This document shows, in pieces, positions 32,967 through 41,683 of a stretch of DNA of 64,000 bases (the stretch's first letter is position 1; each line of letters starts with the position of its first letter). The notes under the pieces were generated by a model. It saw nothing but the letters and a program-made list of their open reading frames with translations. It was not told where the DNA came from and ran no database searches. The position numbers and the translations under genes are program-made. This DNA comes from Pseudomonadota bacterium (GTDB lineage: Bacteria > Pseudomonadota > Gammaproteobacteria > Pseudomonadales > Oleiphilaceae): the NCBI GenBank assembly GCA_051751785.1, contig JBNJLG010000003.1, positions 214,447 through 278,446 of the forward strand, read 5' to 3'.

Positions 32967-33913
32967 ACGCTGGCCTCCCCGGTGTTGCCATTGTGCCGGG
33001 CATTGTCTTCCACCATACGAACGAACAACTCCTCAAGCCGGTTAGCCTTGGTGCGCATACTGAGCACCTGAATGCCGTTTTTTTCCAGCTCGGAAAACAG
33101 GGAATTAAGCCCCTGGCCTTTGGCTACATCCACTTCCAGCGCCCCCTCTTCACTTAAAGTGCAGCGGTAACCGGCCAGCTCCGGCGCCGCCTCAAGGGGT
33201 TGCTCGGTGTCCAGCACAAAGGTTTCCAGACTTAACTGCTGCAACAGCTCACGTTTGCTCGTGTGGCGGATAATCTCGCCGTTATCGATAATGGCGATGT
33301 TGCGGCACAGGGCTTCGGCTTCTTCCAGATAATGAGTGGTCAGGATAATCGTGGTGCCCTGCCGGTTCATTTCCTCCAGGAACTGCCACATGGAGCGGCG
33401 CAATTCGATATCCACACCGGCAGTGGGCTCATCCAGAATCAGCAATTTCGGTTCGTGAACCAACGCCCGGGCAATCATCAAACGCCGCTTCATGCCGCCT
33501 GACAACATCCGGGCCGGACTGTTGCGTTTGTCCCACAGCCCCAGTTTTTTCAGGTATTTTTCCGCCGAGATGCCCGCCTGTTTCAGCGGAATACCGTAAT
33601 AACCTGCCTGGGTGGTGACAATATCAAACACTTTCTCGAACTGGTTGAAATTGAATTCCTGAGGCACGACCCCCAGGTTCAGTTTCGCCCTCGCCAGATC
33701 CGTGTCGATGTCATGGCCAAACACACGAACCCGACCACTGGTCTTATTGACCAGCGAACAGACAATCCCCAGCGTGGTGGACTTGCCTGCCCCATTGGGT
33801 CCGAGCAGTGCGAAGAAATCTCCTTCTCTGACATGAAGATCAATTCCCTTAAGCGCCTGAAAGCCATCGCCATAGCTCTTCTGCAGGCCCTCAATTTCGA
33901 GTGCACAGGTCAT
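32963..33913 (-). CDS. ABC transporter ATP-binding protein (YadG-like)
   Basis: First ATG is 33913 (MTCALEIEGLQKSYG); the ORF track start is TTG 33931. Walker A GPNGAGKST, signature LSGGMKRR, Walker B LLILDEPT. Confidence 0.85.
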   Translation of the reverse strand: MTCALEIEGLQKSYGDGFQALKGIDLHVREGDFFALLGPNGAGKSTTLGIVCSLVNKTSGRVRVFGHDIDTDLARAKLNLGVVPQEFNFNQFEKVFDIVTTQAGYYGIPLKQAGISAEKYLKKLGLWDKRNSPARMLSGGMKRRLMIARALVHEPKLLILDEPTAGVDIELRRSMWQFLEEMNRQGTTIILTTHYLEEAEALCRNIAIIDNGEIIRHTSKRELLQQLSLETFVLDTEQPLEAAPELAGYRCTLSEEGALEVDVAKGQGLNSLFSELEKNGIQVLSMRTKANRLEELFVRMVEDNARHNGNTGEASV

Positions 33914-34028
33914 AAACCATACCGTTATCAACGAGAAACAGCCCGCATGAGCGAGCTACAAAGGTAGAGAGCTATTTGATTGAGGCGCAAAGGGGGATTT
34001 CAAGGGCGCCGGAACAAAGGACTGTGGA

Positions 34029-35330
34029 TTACCGCCCTATCAGGCGGCCCAGCGACCAACGTGATTCTGCGCCGGTGATATCGTACGAAGAAGGATCCAG
34101 TCCATCAGTACCATTGGGGAGGCAGTCGCGTACGGTCAGCGCTTCAGCGGAGCTGACCGACTCGTTGAATCTGGCCAGATCCACGACATGAGCCGTCTTC
34201 AGTGGCCGGTGTTCGGCGTCCTGCATGATCATGACCCGCGGCCAAAGCCGACGTTCCGGTGTATGAGACACTACAATGCCTCGCTGACCATTCGAGAGCT
34301 CCACCAGTGAGCCAGTGGGGTAAATGCCGATGCCCTGAATGAAATTCTCGACCAGATCTTCCTGAAACTCGATATTGCGCGTTTCATAGAGCAGCGCCAC
34401 GGCCCGGGACGGCGTCATGGGCACATGATCGCCTCGGGGTGTAATCAACGATTCAAAAAACTCGGCAAGGCCCGCGATCTTGGCCAGCACCGGAATACGA
34501 TCCCCACGGATACCTTTCGGAAAGCCGGAACCGTTGTGTCGTTCACGGTGGCTCTGGACCACCGCCATTACCGCTTTTGGCAAACCAGCCGCAGACAGCA
34601 TGTCGACACCGCGGTTTACGTAACTGCGATAGGTCGCGTAATCATCCTGTGACAACTGCCTCTCATGAATAACCAGATCCAGAGGCAAGGTCGTTTTCCC
34701 CACCTGAGACAACAGACAGCCCAGCCCCAGGTAGTTCAGAAGATCTTCATCCAGCCCTAACTGACGACCACAGACCATGGCCCATACCGATGTGTTCAGG
34801 GCATGCCGGTACACAAAATCGTGGTACTGGCGGGTACGGCTTAACCACAAAAGTGCGTTGGGCTGTCGAATAACACTGGCAACCATCTTGCGGGTAACCG
34901 TAGCCGCGGGGCGAAGATCCGGTGCCTGCCCGGGGCGAACCGAGCTGAAAGTGCTTTGCAAAGCCTGTTCGGCATCGTTCAGCAGTTGCTTTGAAACCTT
35001 CACTTCTTTTTGCAAGGTGGTTTCTGACTGATGACTTACGGGGTGGCGGATACTCAGTGGTGGCAGTTTCAGTTCCTGACGCCCATGGCCACGCAGGGAA
35101 GACTTGGCTGAGTGACCAGCCTGGCCGGTGCCCAGCGAGCTACGCCCTTCCTCAACATCCACCATAACCCACCGGCAATGAGAGACCAGCGCCTGAATAT
35201 CATTCTGGGAGCGGATGTGGAAGCCCTGGATAGGAAACGGTGTGTGGTGCCACGGCCGATCCAGATCCGACACAAACATGCCGATCTCCAGATCATGAAC
35301 CGCTAATTTCTTTTGACGAACGCCCACCAT
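34029..35330 (-). CDS. DUF3391 + HD-GYP-type domain protein with degenerate catalytic motifs
   Basis: ATG 35330 is preceded by GAGG; the ORF track start is GTG 35357. The N terminus KKLAVHDLEIGMFVSDLDRPWHHTPF is DUF3391-like. The HD-GYP-type domain reads LLSQVGK ... SHRERHNGSGFPKG (see finding). Confidence 0.75.
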   Translation of the reverse strand: MVGVRQKKLAVHDLEIGMFVSDLDRPWHHTPFPIQGFHIRSQNDIQALVSHCRWVMVDVEEGRSSLGTGQAGHSAKSSLRGHGRQELKLPPLSIRHPVSHQSETTLQKEVKVSKQLLNDAEQALQSTFSSVRPGQAPDLRPAATVTRKMVASVIRQPNALLWLSRTRQYHDFVYRHALNTSVWAMVCGRQLGLDEDLLNYLGLGCLLSQVGKTTLPLDLVIHERQLSQDDYATYRSYVNRGVDMLSAAGLPKAVMAVVQSHRERHNGSGFPKGIRGDRIPVLAKIAGLAEFFESLITPRGDHVPMTPSRAVALLYETRNIEFQEDLVENFIQGIGIYPTGSLVELSNGQRGIVVSHTPERRLWPRVMIMQDAEHRPLKTAHVVDLARFNESVSSAEALTVRDCLPNGTDGLDPSSYDITGAESRWSLGRLIGR

Positions 35331-35441
35331 ACACCTCGAATCGTTATCTACTACCACTCAACAATATAGCGCAATAAATGAACGACCACATATGACAAAG
35401 TGCCGCACTGTGAATGCTCTCACAGCCCGACTGTGAAGTGA

Positions 35442-35714
35442 TCACCAGTTCTCGAACTGAAGGCCCAGCCCATCCTCGGTACGGCGCACAACCCGCATAT
35501 CCAGCACGGGCGCGGGCACCGGCAAACCCTGTACCTGAACCGTCACCCGATCACCAAGCTCTGGCTTGAAGGCGTCATCTTCCATGGCAATAAACAGCCC
35601 GCCGTCAGAAATATCACTGGTAGAGAAAACAAACTCCCCCAGAGTCTCGTGAATAATCTTTACCCTTGCAGCCATTGCCGTTCGGATATGTTGTCTTCGG
35701 TCATCTGGGGTCAT
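35442..35714 (-). CDS. Stand-alone PilZ domain protein (c-di-GMP receptor motifs intact)
   Basis: 90 aa, with RRQHIR (RxxxR) and DISDGG (D/NxSxxG). Confidence 0.8.
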   Translation of the reverse strand: MTPDDRRQHIRTAMAARVKIIHETLGEFVFSTSDISDGGLFIAMEDDAFKPELGDRVTVQVQGLPVPAPVLDMRVVRRTEDGLGLQFENW

Positions 35715-35815
35715 AAGCCGGAATTCCTGTAAATTTGATGTTCCTCAATATGTCGGCAAGCATAGCAACAAATTTAGTACAAACTGAGCCGTACCTGCTT
35801 GACTCAAACGCAGTT

Positions 35816-35843
35816 ACCAATGAGAATAGTTCACGTTATTAAT
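35816..35843. promoter_or_regulatory. Fur-box-like operator in the PilZ / FbpA-type divergent region
   Basis: ACCAATGAGAATAGTTCAC matches GATAATGATAATCATTATC at 11/19. The AT-rich extension is GTTATTAAT. It lies 55-80 nt upstream of the binding-protein ATG. Confidence 0.4.
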
Positions 35844-35895
35844 TAAAGGCACTCAGTGCTTTCTGGTAAGCCGTAAAACAGAAGGGAACAACACC

Positions 35896-36909
35896 ATGCG
35901 AATGAAACTTGCCGCAACTGCCGCTATGGCATTGGCTGCTCTGCCTCTCAGCGCGTCCGCCGACGGCGAAGTCAACATCTACTCCTACCGCCAGGCGTTT
36001 CTGCTGGAGCCGTTGCTGAATGCTTTCGAAAAAGAAACTGGCATCGAATCCAATGTCGTGTTCGCCAAAAAGGGCCTCTCGGAACGCCTGGAGCGTGAAG
36101 GTCGCAACAGCCCGGCAGATGTCGTAATGACCGTGGATATTTCCCGGATCAATGAGCTTGTTGAGCGCGATCTGGTCGCTGGCGTTGAAACCGACACTCT
36201 GGAAAAGAACATTCCAGAAAACCTGCGTCACCCGGACGGCAAATGGTATGCCCTCACCACTCGCGCACGCCTGATTTTTGCCTCGAAAGAGCGAGTTGAA
36301 GAAGGCGAGATTTCCACTTACGAAGACCTGGCTGACGACAAGTGGGAAGGCCGCATCTGCACCCGCAGTGGCAAGCACCCGTACAACGTTGCCCTGATCT
36401 CCTCCATGATTTCTCATCACGGTGAAGAGAAAACCGAAGAATGGCTGGAAGGTGTAAAAGACAACCTGGCACGCAAGCCCCAGGGTGGCGATCGTGACCA
36501 GATCAAGGCCATCGCCGAAGGCGTATGCGACATTGCCATCGGCAACAGCTACTACTACGGCAAAATGCTGCAGGACGATAACCAGCGCCCGATTGCCGAG
36601 CAGGTCAACCTGGTATTCCCGAATGCTGAAGGCCGCGGCACTCACGTAAATATCAGTGGCATTTCACTGACCAAGAGCGCGCCCAACAAAGAGAACGCCA
36701 TCAAACTGATGGAGTACCTCTCATCTCCCAAAGCCCAGCGCATTTACGCCGAGGCGAACAGCGAATATCCGGCCAACCCGGAGATCCAGCCTTCCGGCCT
36801 GGTGGCTGAATGGGGTGAGATCAACCCGGACAGCCTGTCACTGCAGGAAATCGCAAAAAACCGCAACGCGGCTGTGAAGCTGGTTGACCGCGTCGATTAC
36901 GACGGTTAA
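35896..36909 (+). CDS. FbpA/AfuA-type ABC transporter periplasmic binding protein (probably ferric iron)
   Basis: 337 aa with a signal peptide ending SASA. GEVNIYSYRQAFLLEPLLNAFEKETGI and the tyrosine cluster GNSYYYG. Confidence 0.85.
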   Translation: MRMKLAATAAMALAALPLSASADGEVNIYSYRQAFLLEPLLNAFEKETGIESNVVFAKKGLSERLEREGRNSPADVVMTVDISRINELVERDLVAGVETDTLEKNIPENLRHPDGKWYALTTRARLIFASKERVEEGEISTYEDLADDKWEGRICTRSGKHPYNVALISSMISHHGEEKTEEWLEGVKDNLARKPQGGDRDQIKAIAEGVCDIAIGNSYYYGKMLQDDNQRPIAEQVNLVFPNAEGRGTHVNISGISLTKSAPNKENAIKLMEYLSSPKAQRIYAEANSEYPANPEIQPSGLVAEWGEINPDSLSLQEIAKNRNAAVKLVDRVDYDG

Positions 36910-36941
36910 TTCCCTGCGATCTTTCTGAAATAGCTGAAAAA

Positions 36942-36968
36942 GGGTGCCTGCTGACAGGCACCCTTTTT
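36942..36968 (+). terminator. Intrinsic terminator/attenuator after the binding-protein gene
   Basis: GGGTGCCTG-CTGA-CAGGCACCC followed by TTTTT. Confidence 0.65.
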
Positions 36969-37073
36969 CATTTGCGCGAGGAGCAACCCAAGATGATCCG
37001 GATCATTGCAGGAAGCACCACTACAATCTAGAATCGCAACACTTCTCATCTCCACTACCTTAACAGGAACGTC

Positions 37074-38762
37074 ATGACCGAGGTCGTTACCAGTGCCAAC
37101 CCGGGACTTGCTCAGCCACTGTTGGCCAAACGAACCTCCAAGCGATGGATGCTCAGCGCACTGATAACAACGGCCATCGTTGTTCTCCCGGTATTCTCGG
37201 TTCTGTTTCTGGCGTTCTTTCCTGAAGAAAACATCTGGCCACACCTTCTCGATACCACCCTGCCCCGTTACCTGACCACGACACTGAAATTAATGGTCGG
37301 CGTAGGCGTGCTTACTCTGGTTATCGGCCTGTCTACGGCCTGGACAGTGACCATGTGCGAGTTCCCAGGCCGTAAGTTCTTTGAATGGGCATTATTGCTA
37401 CCCTTTGCCATACCGGCCTACGTGATTGCTTACGTCTATACCAGTCTGCTTGATTATGCCGGGCCGGTTCAGGGCGCCCTGCGGGACTGGTTCGGCTGGC
37501 AGTCGTCGGCTGACTACTGGTTTCCGGAGATCCGCAGCCTGGAAGGCGCCATACTGATGATCGGGCTGGTGCTCTACCCCTATGTGTACCTGCTTGCGCG
37601 AGCGGCATTCCTGGAACAGTCGCCATCCCTGTTCGCCGTCAGCCGTAGCCTGGGACACTCGGCCCTGAGCACCTTTTTCAAGGTGGTTCTGCCCATTGCC
37701 CGTCCAGCCATTGCAGTGGGCCTTTCGCTGGTGCTGATGGAAACTCTGAACGATTTCGGCACGGTGGACTTCTTCGCGGTACAAACGCTCACCCGTGGGT
37801 TGTTCGATACCTGGATGAATCTGGGTAACCTCGGTGGAGCCGCACAGATAGCCACCACCATGCTCATTTTTGTGGTCATCCTGGTCACTCTCGAGCGCTA
37901 CTCCCGGCGTCGGCAGCAGCAGTATGCTGCCCGCGACAATCGCGAACCCATTCAACGCTTCACCATGTCATTTCCACGGCAAATGATTTGCCTGGCAACC
38001 TGCATGATTCCCCTGGTGTTCGGCTTCATTATTCCCGGTGCCACTCTGACTTTCTATGCATGGGAATACTTTGACGTAAGCTGGAACCCGGACTTCATCG
38101 AGAACACCTTCAACAGCCTGTTCCTTTCCGGCGCCGCAGCCCTCAGCACCCTGATTATCGGCGTAACGCTCGCCTACAGCCGCCGGCTGCACAACACCCG
38201 GGGCATGCAGATTCTGATGCGGCTTTCCAGCCTCGGCTATGCCATGCCCGGCGCAGTTCTGGCCGTTGGCGTTATTGTTCCCCTGGCTGGTTTCGACAAC
38301 TGGCTGGACACTCTGGCGCGCGACTATCTGGGCTTCAGTACCGGCCTGTTGCTAAGCGGTAGTGCCTTTGCCCTGGTATTTGCCTACACCGTCCGTTTTC
38401 TGGCGGTCTCCGCCGGCAGTGTGGAAAGCGCGTTGCAGAAAGTCACCCCCAGCATGGATATGGCCTCAAGATCACTGGGCCACACACCCGGTGGCACCCT
38501 GATGAAGGTACACCTGCCAATGCTCCGGGGCACCCTGGTCACCGCGGCCCTGGTGGTGTTTGTCGACTGCATGAAAGAATTACCCGCAACCCTCATCCTG
38601 CGGCCATTCAATTACGAAACCCTGGCCACCTACGTTTATCAGTTTGCTTCTGACGAACAGCTTTACCACAGTGCACTGCCCGCACTGATTATCGTAATGG
38701 CCGGCATCATCCCGATCATCCTGATGAACCGCTCTATATCGAACTCCCGCACTATGGCGTAA
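37074..38762 (+). CDS. FbpB-type iron ABC transporter permease (duplicated permease domains)
   Basis: 562 aa with about 12 TM segments and two binding-protein-dependent transport (EAA-loop) modules. Confidence 0.85.
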   Translation: MTEVVTSANPGLAQPLLAKRTSKRWMLSALITTAIVVLPVFSVLFLAFFPEENIWPHLLDTTLPRYLTTTLKLMVGVGVLTLVIGLSTAWTVTMCEFPGRKFFEWALLLPFAIPAYVIAYVYTSLLDYAGPVQGALRDWFGWQSSADYWFPEIRSLEGAILMIGLVLYPYVYLLARAAFLEQSPSLFAVSRSLGHSALSTFFKVVLPIARPAIAVGLSLVLMETLNDFGTVDFFAVQTLTRGLFDTWMNLGNLGGAAQIATTMLIFVVILVTLERYSRRRQQQYAARDNREPIQRFTMSFPRQMICLATCMIPLVFGFIIPGATLTFYAWEYFDVSWNPDFIENTFNSLFLSGAAALSTLIIGVTLAYSRRLHNTRGMQILMRLSSLGYAMPGAVLAVGVIVPLAGFDNWLDTLARDYLGFSTGLLLSGSAFALVFAYTVRFLAVSAGSVESALQKVTPSMDMASRSLGHTPGGTLMKVHLPMLRGTLVTAALVVFVDCMKELPATLILRPFNYETLATYVYQFASDEQLYHSALPALIIVMAGIIPIILMNRSISNSRTMA

Positions 38763-38917
38763 TAGATGCCAGATCGGGCCGCCAACATTGGCGATCGGCG
38801 AATAAAGTGTTGCCCGGGTATAGCCCGACCCCCGCAACCCTGTGGTAAACTTCTGCACCTTCATGCAGTGCCTCCGCACTGGGCGGAGAAACCCGTAACT
38901 GACTCGGAGACCGGCAT
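38763..38917 (+). promoter_or_regulatory. Candidate cobalamin-riboswitch-like 5' leader (unverified)
   Basis: Hairpin CGGG-UAUAG-CCCG (38815-38827). Then A-CCCCCGCAAC (38829-38838)-CC-UGUGG, CACUG (38877-38881), and the B12-box-like CUCGGAGACCGGC (38903-38915) that contains the SD 8 nt before the ATG. The canonical GGGAA and GNGAAA loop blocks were not found. Confidence 0.35.
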
Positions 38918-39889
38918 ATGGCCAAGAAAATACTGCGCAGCCTGATCGGCGCCTCGCTGCTGGCAGCAGCAACCCTGGTTCAGGCTGAAGAACCGCGCGT
39001 TGTTGCCATTACCCAGATTGTAGAGCACCCGGCACTGGATGCCGCCCACGAAGGTATAAAAGACGAACTGGCCGAACTTGGCTATCGCGACGGCGAAAAC
39101 CTCAAGCTCATGCACGAAAGTGCTCAGGGCAACTCTGCCATCGCTTCACAGATTGCGCGCAAATTTGTTGGTGAAAGCCCGGACGTTATCGTGGCCATCG
39201 CCACACCTTCCGCCCAGACTGTTGCCTCAGCCGCAAGAAACATCCCGGTGGTTTTCTCGGCGGTAACCGATCCGGTGGCTGCCAAACTGGTTAAAAGCTG
39301 GGACAAGCCCGGCGCCAACATTACCGGTGTCAGCGATATGCTGCCAATCGATCAGCATCTGGACATGATCCAGCGCGTAATGCCGGATGCCAAGCGGATC
39401 GGCACGGTTTACAACCCGGGCGAGGCCAATGCGGCTGCACTGGTTGAGCTATTGGAAGAGCGGCTGGCAGCACGCGACATGGAACTGGTTAAAGGCGCTG
39501 CCACCAAAACTTCAGAGGTGCTGGGTGCAGCCCGTTCCCTCGTCGGCAAGGTGGATGCCATTTATCTGACCACAGACAACACCGTCATCAGTGCCGCCGA
39601 AGCCGTGGTATCTGTAGGCGAGCGCTCTGATATCCCGGTCTTCGCCGCCGACACCGCGACCGTTGAGCGTGGCGCCGTTGCCGCGATGGGCTTTAACTAC
39701 TACAAGCATGGCCGCCAGACCGGCGCCATGGTTGCGCGCATCCTGGAAGGCGCCGGCACCGCCGACATGCCGGTTGAAATCATGGAAGAGCTCGACCTGT
39801 ATGTGAATCCGGACGCTGCAGAGCGCATGGGGATCACCCTCCCGGATGACGTTATTAACGATGCCACGAAAGTCGTCAAAAACGACTGA
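38918..39889 (+). CDS. ABC transporter substrate-binding protein, ABC_sub_bind/COG2984 family (substrate unknown)
   Basis: 323 aa with a signal peptide (LLAAATLVQA). VVAITQIVEHPALDAAHEGIKDEL ... IYLTTDNTVISA is typical of this family. Confidence 0.85.
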   Translation: MAKKILRSLIGASLLAAATLVQAEEPRVVAITQIVEHPALDAAHEGIKDELAELGYRDGENLKLMHESAQGNSAIASQIARKFVGESPDVIVAIATPSAQTVASAARNIPVVFSAVTDPVAAKLVKSWDKPGANITGVSDMLPIDQHLDMIQRVMPDAKRIGTVYNPGEANAAALVELLEERLAARDMELVKGAATKTSEVLGAARSLVGKVDAIYLTTDNTVISAAEAVVSVGERSDIPVFAADTATVERGAVAAMGFNYYKHGRQTGAMVARILEGAGTADMPVEIMEELDLYVNPDAAERMGITLPDDVINDATKVVKND

Positions 39890-39906
39890 TCTAACGCCTG
39901 ACCAAC

Positions 39907-39943
39907 ACGGGCGGACCCCACAAGGGCCCGCCCGTTTTCTTTC
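39907..39943 (+). terminator. Intercistronic terminator/attenuator between binding-protein and permease genes
   Basis: Perfect 8-bp stem ACGGGCGG / CCGCCCGT with inner CCC/GGG pairs, followed by TTTTCTTTC. Confidence 0.6.
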
Positions 39944-39960
39944 ACGGTGAACCAATACCC

Positions 39961-40863
39961 ATGCTCAGTGAAATCGCATTCTACGGCGCGCTCGAAACCG
40001 GCCTAATCTATGGCCTGGTTGCCTTCGGCATTTACATCTCCTTCCGGGTTCTTGACTTCCCCGATCTGACGGTAGACGGCAGCTTCCCCCTGGGTGCCGC
40101 TGTCGCTGCAATGTTGATCATGGCAGGCTGGAACCCATGGCTGGCAACAGGCATGGCCATTGTCGCCGGCATGGCTGCCGGCGCTGTGACCGCCCTGCTG
40201 AACGTCAAGCTCAACATTCTGAACCTGCTAGCCTCCATTCTCACCATGATCGCACTTTACTCAGTGAACCTGCGCATCATGGGGCGGCCGAACGTGGCCC
40301 TGCTGGGTGAAGAGACCGTACTCACCCCGTGGTATGAACTGGATCTGGCGTTTCATCAGGTGCCGGTACTCCTGTTCATAATTGTGGCTCTGGTAGTGCT
40401 TGTTCTGCTGTGGCGCTTCATGAAATCTGAAACCGGCCTTGCCATGCGCGCCACCGGTGCCAACCCTCGCATGGCCCGGGCCCAGGGCATTGCCACCGGC
40501 GGTATGATTGTTCTTGGCGTGGCCCTTTCCAACGGTCTGGTGGGTCTGGCCGGCGCCCTTTTCGCCCAAAGCCAGGGCGCGGCCGACGTGACCATGGGTG
40601 TCGGCGTGATCGTCATCGGCCTGGCGTCACTGATTGGCGGTGAGGCGGTGTTAACCCCTTCCACCGTGGTGCGGGCATTGTTTGCCTGCCTGATTGGCGC
40701 CATTGTCTATCGTCTGGCGATCGCCTTTGCGCTTAACGCAGACGCGCTCGGCCTGCAGGCACAGGATCTGAACCTGATCACTGCCGTACTGGTTACTCTG
40801 GCCATCGTTCTGCCCGGTGTGCGCACCAAACTCACCCATCGCTTCAGCCGCAAGCAAGCCTGA
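39961..40863 (+). CDS. ABC transporter permease (COG4120, BPD_transp_2 type)
   Basis: 300 aa, multi-TM, related to branched-chain-amino-acid-type permeases. Confidence 0.85.
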   Translation: MLSEIAFYGALETGLIYGLVAFGIYISFRVLDFPDLTVDGSFPLGAAVAAMLIMAGWNPWLATGMAIVAGMAAGAVTALLNVKLNILNLLASILTMIALYSVNLRIMGRPNVALLGEETVLTPWYELDLAFHQVPVLLFIIVALVVLVLLWRFMKSETGLAMRATGANPRMARAQGIATGGMIVLGVALSNGLVGLAGALFAQSQGAADVTMGVGVIVIGLASLIGGEAVLTPSTVVRALFACLIGAIVYRLAIAFALNADALGLQAQDLNLITAVLVTLAIVLPGVRTKLTHRFSRKQA

Positions 40864-40872
40864 GGAGCTACC

Positions 40873-41667
40873 ATGATCAGCGCAACCGATCTGAAACTGA
40901 CCTTTGGCAAGGGAACGCCACTGGAAAACCCGGCTTTGCGGGGCATGAGCCTGACCGTCAATCAGGGTGAATTCGTCACCGTCATCGGCAGTAATGGTGC
41001 CGGCAAGTCCACTTTCCTCAACGCCCTGGCCGGCGAAGTCCTTGTCGACAGCGGGAAAATTATTGTCGATAACCAGGACGTAACCCGCCTGCCCACCCAC
41101 AAGCGCGCCCATAGCGTGGCCCGGGTGTTTCAGGACCCGCTGGCAGGCACCTGCGAAAACCTGTCCATTGAAGAAAACCTGGCGCTGGCCATCAAACGCG
41201 GCCAACCCCGTGGACTGAGCTCAGCGGTAAAAAAGCAATACCTGGAAAAATTCAGCGACAGCCTTTCATCGCTGAATCTGGGGCTGGAAAATCGCCTGGG
41301 CGACAAAATGGGCCTGCTTTCCGGCGGCCAGCGCCAGGCGGTCAGCTTGCTGATGGCCAGCCTGACGCCCTCCAGTATTCTACTGCTGGACGAGCACACC
41401 GCCGCGCTGGACCCGAAAACCGCCCGCTTCGTACTGGAGCTGACCGAGCACATCATCGCCTCACAACGGCTGACCGCACTGATGGTCACTCACAGCATGA
41501 AGCAGGCACTGGAAGTGGGTAGCCGTACCGTTATGCTGCATCAGGGTGAAGTGGTTTTCGACATTGCCGGCAAAGACCGGGATGGCCTGGAAGTGAAAGA
41601 CCTTCTCGGCCTGTTCGAAAAGCAAAGAGGCCTGACAGTCGACGACGACAGCCTTCTGCTGGGCTGA
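40873..41667 (+). CDS. ABC transporter ATP-binding protein (COG1101 type)
   Basis: 264 aa. Walker A GSNGAGKST, signature LSGGQRQA, Walker B LLLDEHT. GAGGAG RBS. Confidence 0.9.
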   Translation: MISATDLKLTFGKGTPLENPALRGMSLTVNQGEFVTVIGSNGAGKSTFLNALAGEVLVDSGKIIVDNQDVTRLPTHKRAHSVARVFQDPLAGTCENLSIEENLALAIKRGQPRGLSSAVKKQYLEKFSDSLSSLNLGLENRLGDKMGLLSGGQRQAVSLLMASLTPSSILLLDEHTAALDPKTARFVLELTEHIIASQRLTALMVTHSMKQALEVGSRTVMLHQGEVVFDIAGKDRDGLEVKDLLGLFEKQRGLTVDDDSLLLG

Positions 41668-41683
41668 ATCTGCTGTTCAAAAA

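Noticed and set aside
35839-36645. 268-aa minus-strand ORF
   Set aside because: Antisense to the FbpA-type binding-protein gene, which has a signal peptide, family motifs, an RBS and a terminator.
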